64,000 nucleotides of DNA from Phoronis australis (taxonomy: Eukaryota; Animalia; Phoronida). A program made the translations under genes and the position numbers. Below, piece after piece: positions 11,171 through 25,300 of this stretch; the stretch's first letter is position 1; each line of letters opens with the position of its first letter. The DNA lies in assembly GCA_002633005.1 (NCBI GenBank), contig NMRA01000290.1, positions 250,748 to 314,747 of the forward strand. The letters run 5' to 3'. The notes below the pieces were generated by a model that saw only the letters and a list, made by a program, of their open reading frames with translations, was not told the DNA's origin and did not search any database.

Positions 11171-14100
11171 CGACTGGTGATATCAAGTGACCCTAAGCTA
11201 GACCTGCTTAATACACGGAGAGGGTGATCTTTAATGAATAACTCATATTTTTTGTCCATTTGGTAACCCCAAAAGTCTGCCTGGCAAGTGTTCATTCAGC
11301 CCTGCTCGCTATGTTCCTTCTGTGATCTTTTCAAATCGATTAAGCTGGATATGCATATGATAAGTTTTCGCTCTAACTCGACAAAGTTTGTCAGTATGTT
11401 TATTCTAGTTCGTGCATCGGCCTTCACATAATAGGTTTTGCCTTACAAATCTTTTGGTCCTACCAGTTGGACCTGACTTGCAGGTTTTATTGTCATTACT
11501 GTTTATGGGACAATCAAATCTTGACTTCTGTGAAACAGTGGTTTGGTCTTAGGACAATTTATTAATCTTTATGGAAATTTGTTTTTCAAAAAACTGTTAT
11601 TTGCTTATTTTTTCAAGTTATCTCAATATTTTTCATTGCCACTCATAACATTACCTTAAAAATTCAAAAAAATTACCATTTTCACAAAACATGGCAGTCC
11701 AGTCATGTCGTTATGAATGAAGATTTTTCAAGTGCCATATATTCTGAAAACATATACTTGTATGGGGTGAAGATGGACTGTTTAAAATTTTTTGATGAAT
11801 GTGACATGACTTCATCAAGGTAGACAATTAGATTAAGTTTTGAGGCAAGTAAAAAGATGGTAAAATAACAATTTTGTAAGGTAACTCCAGTGGGGCTTGG
11901 TATGAAAAATTGTATTTCAAAACATCTGGAAAAACGCGCTTGAATTTTCTTCCGACAATGTGCAGCCACCTGGTTGCCTCTGCTTGGGATTAGTGACTGT
12001 CGTGGATTTCACTATAATTGCATCTCACTCTTTTGGTGTTTGTGGCAGCTACCAACAACTTCGGGACCCTCCAGTGAAGTTCACTAGAAACTTGACCTGT
12101 ATCACAGCACCTTGTACTTCGTGAATAGATTTGTACAATTCCTGCTGCCGTCAAGAAGTCTGTTTATCATGGAGGTTCTCTTATGTGCAGTAGAGTAATT
12201 ACTGCATTAGCCATGTCTTTACGATGAATTTTCCAAGTGTTTGGTTTCTAAAATTGAATTCCTTACAAAAAGTGTAAGTTATCCTTTTTATCTGAAGAAA
12301 CAAGATAAAAATTAGTCAAAAGAGATGGACTAGGTTTCGGCTCCCTGGTACCCATTGATGAATGGTTTTAATAACTCTTTGAAGTGTTGTAGTTATTTGG
12401 CCTGCGAGTTGAGATGCCGGTGAAAAGCGCACGACTAGATTGAGATACTGGGCTAGTAATCTTGGTCATGTCTGAGACTGGACTTGTCATCTGGACATTC
12501 TAATGTGATCATTGTTAGTTTTTTGACTACTACCTTAATGCTTGCAGAATTCAGATCCAACTAGACAGAAAGATGTTATCCGTATAAAATGAAATCCGGC
12601 TTATTCCGGAGGGCAAAATGTATGAATTATAACAACTGTACCTAGTCACAATACTAGGATTTGACTTATATGTGTCCAACTTGGCTGAAAAAATCTTGAG
12701 TGATTTTTTGTTCGTTTTAGGCACTTTTCAATCATCCCATCTTGTAAAAACCTTCCATTGTATTTGCAATCACTAGAGTCACAGAATTCCTATGTGTTGA
12801 CAATCACTATGTTCACATAATTTAAAAGTTTTGTGTGTAAAATGCCTTTTTCTAGTTTCACTCATAAGAGAACACTTAGTGGAAGTGCCTTATGTCTATC
12901 AGCTTCCAAGATACATCCGTTTCATGTTATAATATACCATACTCTTTCAGGTTTATGCCTTAAGGGCAATTAAATTAGGCAAGTCAAGTATGAGGAAGTG
13001 GTCATGGATGTTTAGAAACAAAATTTTTTAGAAGTTGGGATTTGCATTTAATGGTGGATTTGCTCGCTGAAATGCCTTCCCCATTTGTTATATACATGTA
13101 AGTCAGCCAACGGAATATGGAGGTTGAGTGAATGTTTTGGGAGCTGGAATTCTCAGGAGAGGTGTTTTCACCGGGACACTGTTTCTTTTAAGGAAGTCTT
13201 GATTGTACAAATTGGGGATGGGGGTTATCTTGAGCATGGGCATTTGAAACTGAAAACTAGTCTTGTGAATTTCTGGTTAACTGTTAAGCAAATCATAGGC
13301 ATTAACTGGGACTAGTGTGGTTACCTTAAGTTTACTCAAGTCGTAGATAAGGAAGATTTCAAAATTCACTAGGTAGTATAACTGAGATAAAGGTTCTACC
13401 TGAAAAATGTGAGTGTGCTGGTCATGGTCATGAACGACCTGGGAGTGTTCTTCCACATGGGTGGGAGGGGGTGCCATTCGAAATTCAGACCAAACACAAT
13501 AACCTCAGCAACCAGAATAATGGGCATCTAAGACGATAATGATTTCGTCGCCAGTTGCCATTTCTTTCATTTACTCTCCAGAGATGACAACAGGTCAAGC
13601 TGAAATGCCCACCTGAGGCTGTACTTGTAACAGCAAACATATTGATGGCACGTCGCCACCATTCCCTCTAATGGTAGAGTCTCACGACCCTTTGTCCACA
13701 AGCACCCGTATGTTGGTGACCAGGTTGTTCATTATCAATAAAACCATTTCGTTATTGGTGCCACATGGAAAATATTGCGTAACCGTTGGTTACATTTTTT
13801 AGAACAGGTATGATCCTTTCTCATTTATAGTCTTAATTGCTTGTGCAAGTGGAATGTGCATTAGATTTTATTTTTTGATTTTTATAAGTGATATCTATCC
13901 AGTATGTCGTCATGAAGTTATGCTGCATGTATTAAATTTGATTTTGTTTTTTGTAGACTAGATTTGCACTAAATAGGTGCCAGATATTTTAAATTTCTTT
14001 TATCGATGCTTAGCTTTACTCCTCGAAATTTTTCACACCGAGTGAAAACTGATATCATTCCTTTATGTGTGTGAGTACATTTCAGAAGTCGAGTTCTTTT

Positions 14101-15996
14101 ATTGATCATTGACTTATAGTAATTTATATTTTTTTAAATGTTGGATGTGAAAATTGACTGCATCCATCTCAGTGCAGGCTTTTAATAACAAACTTCTGTT
14201 CGTTCATCATTCCTGAAAATTGCTCACTGTAATCCTGTATCTTATTAAAATACATATTTTCTTGTATGTAAACTGTGTTTCTTTGAAATTATGGTGAAAA
14301 CTACCTTGTGCATTGTACTAAATCATCATATTCGAGCTGGAAATGGGTCAAGTTCCCATGGGAACGAACAAGGTGTCAGCGTCATCTCTGATATATTTGG
14401 TATGATGTCAAAAATTTTACTTAAAAGTTGTTCTTTGTCCAATTGGCCCAAAAATGCTGGACCTCAATGGCTATGATTTAACACTTACTAGTACAAGTAA
14501 CTGCTAATCTTGAGATAGAACTTATGCAAATTAGCATTTTGGTATTATTTTGCACCTTTGAAGCAAAGTTTACACCTTTTCAGCAATTAAAGTTAGTAAA
14601 GCCACTGAACTAGAAACGTTAGTTTTAACAATTAACGTTTTATTCCAGTTGAAAAATCTTCTGTTCCCAGCTGTAAACCTAATGGGGTAAGGTGGCATGC
14701 AGGAAGTTTCAGCTTGTTCAAGTAACACAAGGAATGCTTGACCAGAAATTCAGAGAACCTACAATGTGAATTATGAGGAAAATGAACAATGTGGAGCATT
14801 CTATTTTCAACTGAGACATTTTGGCAAGTATGAGGCCAGACGATGGACACCTGTCACCAATGGATTACAATACAGCCAATTTAAGAGTAACAGTGCTATA
14901 AGTTAAAGCCTGACTGAGGCACAAAAAATTTCAAACAGAAATATGGGACATTAAGTTAGTGACAGAGAAATGACCAGCTACCAGAGAAGCAATAGCCCAA
15001 CTTAGTCCATAGAAGGCAAACATGTATTATTTGGAACAAAAACATGTCACAAATTTCTTTTCATTTGACATGTCCTCGCTCACTGTATTTTAAAAAATAT
15101 AAATTATAATCACCCAACTCAACAAAATGTTTCAAACAGTTCCTACAATGACAGAAAATTATCTCCATCCATAAACAGATCACCCAGGGTATTAGAAAGA
15201 GAAAAGCATAGCTGGCCAAAGGAGCTGCTCTGTGAGGATATGTTCTTTAGACTCCTGGAGGCTCAAACTAACTGTATTAGGATGAGGAATGTTTTTTATG
15301 GACCATTGCTTTTGGGTAACCCATTCCATGATTCTCCAGTTGGGGCATATTACATCGACCTTAGTACGGTATGAAGGACCTTCCCCATTTTTAAAGATGA
15401 CGTAGTTTGTGGTTTTTACTTGACAATGTACATTTTCCCCAACATTTTATTTTAAAAAATATGTCAAGAAATACAACAGGTACATCTGTATTCTGATTGT
15501 CTGAGACAAAATTAGAATATCAAACAATTTCTTGGTTAAGAAAATAATACATATATTACAGACAATAATGCCATGAGTGAAAGTGAACATATGTTACATC
15601 ATAAACATTCCACACCAGGTTTGAAAGGATAAAACATCACTAATTTCTGTTAAATTCCATGAGTAAGGAAAACTACTCCACTTTTTGAAAAATAAATAGA
15701 AAAAATACCAGAGACCAAAGTATTTGGTTTTTGCTTTATTGAATTGTCAGAAAACCTCTATTGCATTTTTATTTGCCTTCAAACTTACACAGAAATCAGT
15801 CATGGAAGTCCTTTTTTTAAAAAATTGTGCCAAGTATTCAGTTTTGACCATTCCATTCTCAAAAGGAAAATCAAACAACTGAGACATGGGGTCCCTTGGT
15901 CTTAGACCATCAGATAAAATGAAGATATAATTTCATAATAAATATGCAAATATTGTATTTTCTAAAAACATCCATGAAGGAAGACAATTACCTTGA

Positions 15997-16416
15997 AGAT
16001 GCATTTCACCCAGTTCAGTTGGCTAAAAATCAAAAATTGAATTACCGGGTAGTCTTTTTACTCTCATAAAATTGGTCTTACACTTCTTGCTATAATAGGA
16101 TTCTATTTCTGTTACCAACTCGAGTTACAAGCAATGTGCGCCATTCTCGAATTCGCAATTTTAGGGTTGACACACCCCAATAAACGCTGAAGCATTTTCT
16201 TGAGTGCTGATGTGCCATTTTTGATTTGCAAGTATGGGGCTGACCAACACTTTCTTGAGTCGCTGACCAACATTTCTTTGAGTCGCTTTATGTTCTTGTT
16301 GGTAACGAAAATAGAATCATATCGCAGTAACGAATATTATGAAACTGATTTTATGAGAATAGAGGGCGCGATTCGATTTGTGTTTTAGGCTAAGTTAAAC
16401 AGGGAAAACTGCAGCT
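15997..16416. mobile_element. Older palindromic MITE with ~130-bp degenerate TIRs (Kolobok-like ends)
   Basis: Right end TGCAGCT|TTAA, left end TTGA|AGATGCA; arms are imperfect reverse complements; another arm copy at 8011-8120. Confidence 0.7.
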
Positions 16417-19400
16417 TTAAAGTAAAAATCTGACTCATGTATGTCCAAATTATGTGAGTTTTACTGTACGAAAATGTAACAGGGTAAGCTGCCAAAAGAG
16501 CTTTGTCAAGAACAGCAAGCTGCGACAAAAACATATAAAAAGTTGATAAATAAATTCTCAGAAGTTTCAAATATTGCCATGTGTTGACAAAGTTAAGCAG
16601 TTATTGCACAACTGCAACATTGGAAATATATCAGAACTGCTTAAAAATACCACATATTATTAATTTGGAAGGACATATTGATTGTCTGAATCCAGGCCTT
16701 CAAAATAGTGAAACTGCCATGCTAAGCCATGCTTGGAGTTTCGGCCAATCCTTTTTATTCAAGTTAAATTAGATTGAACTTTAACAACACATCAATCAAG
16801 TAATTTTTCTATTATGCAAGAAATATACTCCTTTGATAATATGTACGCGATACAGTACAAACGACACGACACAAAAGCCTTTACCCACAATGCAACAAAT
16901 CTCAATGTCAGGCACTAATATCTTGCTACTTCAAATATTGGTTACAGTTGCTGAACTAATTAGTATTTTCACATTAAAATAATAACATTTTTTTTCAAGT
17001 CTTAACTTGATAGAGATAGGTATCAAAATACTTTTTTGAACAATCACTACAAATTCAGAATAAATATCAGATATCAAAATGGTAAAAATCAGTCAAGATA
17101 CAACAAATAATGCTTTGGACACAAGTTCTGAACTTACACAAAATAAAAATATACCGTACAAAACTTCTGGGTGGCCACTCAACTGTAATTGAGAACACCT
17201 CGAAAATTGACCGATCGCACAGTATGCTTCAGCACAAGTAAATTTCCAGCCAATTTCAAGCGATGTGACAGCTAAAATTTTTGAGTCAAGTCTTGAGTAA
17301 AGCTGGGTGGCCTCAAAACCAGATTTGATAATGAAATCAGTGGCATCCATGGCACACAGTTCAAGCAATAGATAATTGTAAAATTTCTAATTAAACAGAT
17401 CTCTACTTCACAGAAGAATTGTATTATACATTTATTGCTGCCTTTTAACTTCTATCATGAGACTGAGTGTCCTCTGACAACAGGACGGTCCCGGATAGGT
17501 ATCTCCTTGTTCTGTAGGTAGGAAAACGTGACGATATTTGGCGTTGTTTTAGAAATGTTGGGCTGATTATAGGAATCAAATTAGGAAATATGGCATCTTT
17601 CTCAAGTTAATCTAACTATCTGTCATCCAGTTGCAGCCCACAGCACAGCAGTAAAACTTTGTTGGCATTAAAAAGTTGAATGGAGTTGAGAAAAACTTGA
17701 AAATAACAAGGCACCAACAAATACCACAAGAAACTCCAATGGCAGGAGAACGAAGCCAGAGAACTGCTTGACTGATGTAACACCATGGTGAGATTCAAGT
17801 GCCACTCAATGACTGTTTAATTCATCGTATTAAAGAGGCCTACTGAGAAAGATGCCCAGGGTTTGTGATTGTCAAGGTTTATCGATCATAAATATAACAA
17901 TATTCAAGTCACAAAGGTTCTCAATGACCTTTGTGGTTAAAGCTCTCGGTGAGTTCGATTACCTATCTGACCAATGAATTTTTAACTCCACAGGCTTATA
18001 ACTGAGACACTTCAACGACTATAGGCACCAACACCAGCATTTTCCAGACTAAGCATTGTGTTGAATCGGTGATTGACGAACATAATTTACAGATACATCA
18101 ATATGGCAGAATTTCGTTTCCAGTTGCTTGTGGGGTGAGTAACTATTAACTGCAGAAAACCTAATCATGTACTGAACCCAATACTCAGGGAATGTCCACT
18201 TAACTCTAGTGAAGAGACCCCTAGTATCACCAAGACTAGTCCTGATCATAATGATTAAGAAAAATAAGAAAACGTTTTAAGACATGGGCATTGCGATAAG
18301 TCCTCACTCATTTAGAGAAAAATATGGCAGACAAGTGAAATTTTATTTTGAGAAATTTCTCAAACAAAAATCAGGATTAAGAGATTTTGGTCTACTACCA
18401 GCTTCCTTCGTAGATTGAAAATATCATAAAACACAATTTTGTAAAGTTTACTTCATTTATGCACAGCTAGATAATCAGACTTTAGAAAACAGAAAAATGA
18501 CGACTTTGACAATTATTTTTCTTTAAAATAAATGAAGAATTGCTATCTAGGTATTCTACTGAAGCCACATGTGCACAATTAAATTTCTAGAAATTATTTA
18601 AAGCACTTGGTGTAATTAGTGCTTAAAAACAGTCTGTTACTATTATTATTATTACATAAGCAATATGACGACAGAAATGATAGAAATGAGTATAAATATT
18701 CTGTTGCTTATGCTAATAACAGCATATTATGCTAAAGGTTCATCAAGGACGTCATTGTACATCTAGTTTTTAGTGGTTAACATCTCATAGATCAAACATA
18801 ACAGATTCTCAACTCCAATAATGTCATATTAATTCCTAGCATAGGTGCAACTCTACGCATTCGTGGTAGGCAATCCCACATCACCAGTTTTCAGATCAGA
18901 GGGCCACCAGGGTTAGATGCGGATCAGACGCCCACTGCCAGATATTAGTGATATTTTCCTAAAACAACTTTGCAGATCTTGTGCATGAAGAACATAGAGT
19001 TAGCGATTCACTCAACACAGTAAAGTCTGAAATTAGAACAAAAATAGCCAAAATTGATTTTTTTTCTTTTTCAAATGTTCACTGTATTGCCAAAATGTTC
19101 AAATTTCACGGTGTTGGTTGATGACAGCTGTAACAAATATTTAAGTAAAACTGTCCTCTTGTGAAAATTTTGATAATAAAAATAAAATTTCACTGTTCCG
19201 CCATATAGTGTTGAAATTTGAAGAAACTTTACCGTAGTCTATGTTTACATCTAGAAGAATTTAACAAACAATGTGATTTCACACAGGGTGCCTATAAACA
19301 ACATCTTCAATGTTCCTAAAACTCTTTACAAATAACTTTTTGGCACACCACTGAGTTGATTTAGTATCTAACAAAAAAACAGCTGTCGAATGCATTTTCA

Positions 19401-19867
19401 TGTTTCGTATGGCACACAATTAAAGCTAATCACAGAACTGCATTATTAGCGTTACAACATCAGAAAGATGTAAAGAAGTAAATCCCCCTTTACATTCACA
19501 ATGAAATTGAATACAGACGACTAAATATCAGTTTAGGCACAATTTATGAAAATGAAAAAATGACTAAATAGTGAATATACCCACAACACTAGACGTGCCA
19601 AGATTTAAAAAGTCGAAAAAAGTATTATTCTATGTTTAACAAACTTCTCTTAAACTTGACAAGTTTTGAACGAAATAAATACTTATAAAATATAGTGAAG
19701 TAAACATTACAACTCCAAGTCAGATCAAGTAGTAATTCTAGAGACAGTCTACAGTAATTGATAAATTACTCATGACCATGACTTTAATTTACGGCCAAGT
19801 TTCTAATTCATATTAGACAATAAGCTACTCTTTTTGTATATGATGACAGTTATAATTATTATCTTAA

Positions 19868-21220
19868 AGCCCCAAGCTGTGCTGTCTTTGAAGGTCATTG
19901 TTTTGGTTCGCGCTTTGGGGCGGAACCCCTTGTTTTGATTTTTAATGCAATCAAGGAACGGTTCCTTATTACAATGAGAAAACCACGGACTAAAGGGATT
20001 TCATTATTCCAGTTGGAAGTTTGTGATCTTGGATTGATCTAATAGCTCACTTGCGAGTTTCTCGTTAGTCACTGTGACGTCACCGGAAAGGGGGCAAAAC
20101 CCGCCATATTGCTCTTGTTTTGCCCCGAGTCTTTGCTACACACGCTAAAACTTACTGGAGTTCTTATGGTGAATATTACGCTTAAAACGTTAAAAGAACT
20201 TAAGATATGGTAGATGGGTCGTGGAATAACTGTGAATGGATGAAGAAAATGTGAACTTGTTATGTTGTGCGAGGCTGTGAACGGACTGAAATTGGAACTT
20301 AACCCGCTCTAGGCCTGAAAAGCGCTAGGCACATGCATACAGGGGCGATTGTGTATTCCCATAAAAAGATATTCACTTCAAAATACAGCAAATAAAATCA
20401 AATGAAACATGCATATGTGCACATGAAGTTATAATTAACACATACCCTGACTCTGGACACAATTTACAGTCTACAAATAACTTGAGCATATTCATGAAAA
20501 CCTCGCGGTTCTCTCGAGATTCTCTCACTAGCCGCCATTTTGAGGAAGTTACCTGAAATCACGCCTGTTGACGAACAAAAAGTCCAAGGGACACAAATCT
20601 TACAAATTTCACTTGATATTTTCTCATGCTATTTTGCAAGTGTCAAGTACGCGCCAGGTCACGCGCCAGATCTCGCGCTTCGCTCAGTCTCGCGCTAGCC
20701 TTTGCCTCATACTCACCCGACTCAGTTGAAATGATTGTGGTTATCGCGCGCGCGGACAAAGTTAACAGTAACCACAAAGTGGAGTTGAAATTCTTCGCCA
20801 AAGTCACCTGAATTCCCGTATATATGCTTCATCGAAGATATGTTTAGAAGCATAAAGAGTCACTGAAGAAAGAAAGAGCCTTTTAGGTGGTAATTTTAGG
20901 TGTAGAATGTATTTTTGACGAGGTGAAAACTTTATCAGTGAGCGGATTTCGCCTACCGCCCGTTTAAAATACACGGGACGAAATTAGTACAGAACGCGAT
21001 AGAACGTATCTGAAGTTCATTTGCCATAACAGCAATGCATTTTTCGAACTAAACGGCTAAAAACTCGAAGACAATAACAGAATACACTCTGCTACCGTAT
21101 TGGGCAAATGACCAAACGACAAGCTTTTGCCCCACTTCCCGTGACGTCACAGTTAAGTCTCACATAATCTCGCGTTATTGTCATAAACTCGCAAAAGGCC
21201 TATTAGCACAGTGTGGGTCT
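19868..21220. mobile_element. 1.35-kb non-autonomous TTAA-flanked DNA transposon (Kolobok-like)
   Basis: TTAA|AGCCCCAAGCTGTGCT ... AGCACAGTGTGGGTCT|TTAA; inner inverted repeat TGTGACGTCAC..GGGGCAAAA (~20073) versus TTTTGCCCC..GTGACGTCACA (~21125); CpG-rich against AT-rich flanks. AG termini with a TTAA TSD are the Kolobok signature. Confidence 0.82.
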
Positions 21221-21931
21221 TTAACCATTTTGATTACAGCTATATATTTTGACTTGATGTTGAGCTACCAAGAAACTTTACTTGAGAGTCTGCTTGAGAA
21301 GTTTACCTCAAGTGTGCCACAGCATTGACCAATTTTTTTAGTCTAGCCTCTAGTAAAGTTTGTGGACTTGAACCCTGCCTGATGCAGTCATATATCAACA
21401 ATTCTAATGTGAGTGATATGCACTTTTATAGAAGCCCTCAGAGATCATGCTAACGTGAAAATTTCGGTCAACTGACAGTCCAAAGCATGTCATTCAAAGA
21501 TTGCATCTTCACTTTTTAAGTCAAATTCCCTATCAGCTTCACATTGATGAAGTCCAAGACGTGCGAGTTTGAACAAATTTCAATCAAATATTTATAAGCT
21601 TTAACTTTGTTTAATTAGGTTAAAGCCTACACTGCTAATTAGAATGAGCTAGGCTATTTCTTTAAAGTGACATGTGTGTTCAAATTGTAGTTCATGATCA
21701 TGTTTTTTCAAGCCTTGTAGAAACGGTACACATGGCACACAAAAATCATAAGCCAGCCAACAGAAAACCTATTAACATGTATATCACTTCAGTTCATGCT
21801 TCACTCAGCCAAATATATAGAGCAAGTGGTCTTTATAAGAAATAAACACAGATGACCAAAGCTTAACAACATAAAATCAGCTTATCCAGCAACAACGCCA
21901 TGCGAGGCCATTTTTCCTTTACTATCATGAG

Positions 21932-22393
21932 CTACGAGTGTTTCTTTCCAGAATTTCCAACAGTTCCATTGAGACACTTTTTAGAAGCCTCGCAGTTGAT
22001 GTTGTTGTTGGTACCGTTGACAATGACCTCAGCTGACTTGGTCGGCCTCAGCCAATCGCTCTTTAACAGTCTCCAGAAAAGAATAGGATTGATTACAAAC
22101 AGCACAATCCAGCAAGGTAAGAAAAGCCCAAACGCATAGTAAAATGGAAGCACGTGATAAGAAGAAGCCAGGCCACGCAGCACCCAGAAGTTAGAGCCGA
22201 AGCGAAAAATGACGAATGTGACGAGGTTGAGCCAGACTGAGGCTCGGTACGTCCAGTGATCATAAGGCACATGACACAACTGGAGGAGTTTACGCGTGTG
22301 TAGGAAAATGGTGTTGACTTCGCTAAGGAGGGCTACCACAGTCCAGCCGAGCAGAAAGTTGTGGGTCAGATGGTAACTGCATGTGCTAATGAT
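21932..22393 (-). CDS. TLCD1/2-like: TLCD-A exon 4 (IISTCSYHL...GKKHS*)
   Basis: Acceptor ttcttaattccag|; 462 nt to TAG; EVN.IFLH and FR motifs. Confidence 0.93.
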   Translation of the reverse strand: MISTCSYHLTHNFLLGWTVVALLSEVNTIFLHTRKLLQLCHVPYDHWTYRASVWLNLVTFVIFRFGSNFWVLRGLASSYHVLPFYYAFGLFLPCWIVLFVINPILFWRLLKSDWLRPTKSAEVIVNGTNNNINCEASKKCLNGTVGNSGKKHS

Positions 22394-25300
22394 CTGGAAT
22401 TAAGAAAGAAGCACACCATTAGCCTGTTGAGAGGAGTCACATTGACATGAGGAATTATTATTTAATACAGTCAAATAACGTAACTAAAGCAGGGGTCTTG
22501 CATTTGGATAGTTTTAACATTAACTCCAGCTAATTGACATGCAAGAACATGTAAACACAATAGTCTGCCATCTTTGTCTCACAAACTGTGGTTGAGACAA
22601 ATGCATTAAGATAGTTTTATGATGCGTTTGGAACATACGAAGAAGACATCATGCCTTACAGATACACAGTGTCTTCGACAACCCAAAGCATTTTCTTAGT
22701 CCTAACACAAGACCACCAGCAGTCACCAATTGAGTGGAAGTACTTTTCCACTATTGTGCTATGAAACAACTTATCAGTGCACCTTATGGTATTGCCTAAC
22801 ATAACTAAAAAACACAATACAATACACCTACAAACTGTCTGCTTGAATTAATTGAACATAATGTAAATATGGAGCAAGGCGTATCAATCAGTCAGAAACC
22901 ACCTTTGCTGGGTTTGCTCGACATTTTGCTGAGCAACGGTTTGAAATTTGGGCAATAGCCACTTAAAGGCGTCCCGGATTTTGAGAACCAGTTTGATGTC
23001 CATTATTCTGCAGAGAAAACTGGTTCTCAAAATGCGCACCTCAGCACATGTGCGATTTCAACGCTACCTATGGTAGGTATGCGTTTACCGGAACTTGATG
23101 ATTCATTGTTCAACATTGATCCAAGAATCTGGAACTTCAAAACAATGACAAAATGAATTTGAGACACACAAATAATAACACATATACATTTGAGTCTACT
23201 TAACGTAGTCACTGAAACAAAATTTTTTATTAAACTCCACAGCTTCAGTGCAACTGAAACATACAGTGTGCCAACAATTATGCAGTTATAGTAGTTATGT
23301 GCTTAGGTTGGGTCTTTAAGTCTGCATCCTTATGTTTTCAACATTCAAGCTTCTCAGAAGTCTTCAGAACCATGTATTTCAGAGTCACAAATATTATGGC
23401 ACACAAATCTTTTTACAAGAATTAATTCAACTAATATGTGGTGTCCCCATGTGATAGAGAATGTCAGCAAATTCTGTAGCCCCCTATTGGCAGGCCTTCA
23501 AAATGTCTGTGCCACTGATGAACTCTGAATGTCAATTGAATAGGCAGAGGAGCCAGTCTGCAATTGGTCAAGAGCAGTCCGCCTGGAAATTTAAGTGAGT
23601 AAAGCTATTAACTCTTGAATAATTTTTCCCAGTATCTTAATCCCACGAAATATATGGAATCCCAGCAAATTTGTATCTCACAGCAAAAAATTTATGTTCG
23701 GAATATGTCCCGAAAATAATAGGTGCGTGGCAAGCTCAGTTTCCAGAGATACAATGGAGACCGTGTATAGGAATATAAGGTCATTTATTATGACTGATAA
23801 GGTACAGAAATATGAGTGTACAAATAACATAAAGATAAAATAATAATAATCTCTGGAAAGATGGGCAATAAAAAGCGCCAGCACTCAGGTAAGAGGAACT
23901 ACCCAAAAGAGAGGGTCGGTGGAAGAGGGTGGGAAAAAATGAAGAGAAATTAGACTCGAACCTAAGTGCAGCTAAAGCGAAGTACTGATGGCAGGAAATG
24001 TAACTTTACTGAGAACAAAGGAGCCCTATGACACGTGACAATCATCAGCCTATGGGAGCCAGGAGCTGACCAAACTCGTGGCAGTAACACAAACGAACCA
24101 ATAGTGAGGCTGGAAATGGAATGTCCTAGTGCCTCGAGTGCAGGAACGCATGCGAATCTACACAAGGGGTTAATGGACCAGTCCGAAAGATGGGGGTACA
24201 AGTGGGACGAGTCCATATTCTCACATAAATATATTTAACGAGTGAAATATCATTTCCTGTGATAAAAATGTGCATGAAAAAATAATGGGATTATTTCAAA
24301 CAATTTTCAATTGGTAACATTACTACACAATACTATTAGACAATAAAAGGCTTATTTACTTACGACAATGTGGTGGACGACAACTTCCCAGAAAGTACGC
24401 ACTCCAACACCAGTGAAAATATCAATACAGTCATGAATGAAGTACCCTAGAGGAGAAATGAATGAAAATCACCATCCAAAAATCTTACCGAGAACTTGTG
24501 TAATGTGTTCCCCAAGAAAATGTACCCATTGGTATATTCTCAATTTTTTCTGAATCAATGCTCACCATGGATGTATATTTTCTCATTTTACTCGACCAAA
24601 ATTGGGGCCATCCAAAGGACAAAATGACGAGCAACATCTGTTTAGAAAATATTTTAAGTGGTTTGAAAGTTGGTGTCCACTTTTAATTGCCAGTTAGCAA
24701 TTTGCAAAAAGTTTTACCAGTTTTTTGTTGAAAAATACCTATGATAGTCTCTACACAACATCACCAGTTTAGGAAAAGCATGTTGGGAGCATTTTGGCTC
24801 AGACGCTGAAATGTCACCAATTTAGGACACAATATGGTGAACAAGAGAAATTTCATTTTCTCGTTTTCTATAAACGAAATGCGACATCAAATTAATGCTT
24901 TACAATGTACAAATTATGTATCACAGCTACTATCAAAAACAATTTCAAAAAACGTCAGCATACACAACGATGTAAGAAGACCTTGAAAAACGGGAAAAGT
25001 GTACTTTTGCCAATAATTTTTGTCCGATATTGGTGAAATTTTAAGTAACTGATCTTAATTTTCCAGGATTCTGGGAAAGCGACATATTACCTGTAACTGT
25101 AGTGCAGACTTATTCTCTATCAAAATATATGTTTTTTAACATTGCACGGTGAATTGACTGAATCATGTCCCAGTAAATTAGTTTACTCTGCTTTATTAAG
25201 AAGATTGTGTGAAATTTTGTAAAGTAATAAACTTAACCAAAGCATTGTCTATATTTCAAAACAAGCCCCACAAAAGCTGTACCTAATTAAGTGAGAGCCT

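Noticed and set aside
22978-23033. 17-bp inverted repeat with a 22-nt spacer (terminator- or pre-miRNA-like)
   Set aside because: Intronic and short; most likely a MITE remnant, with no support for function.
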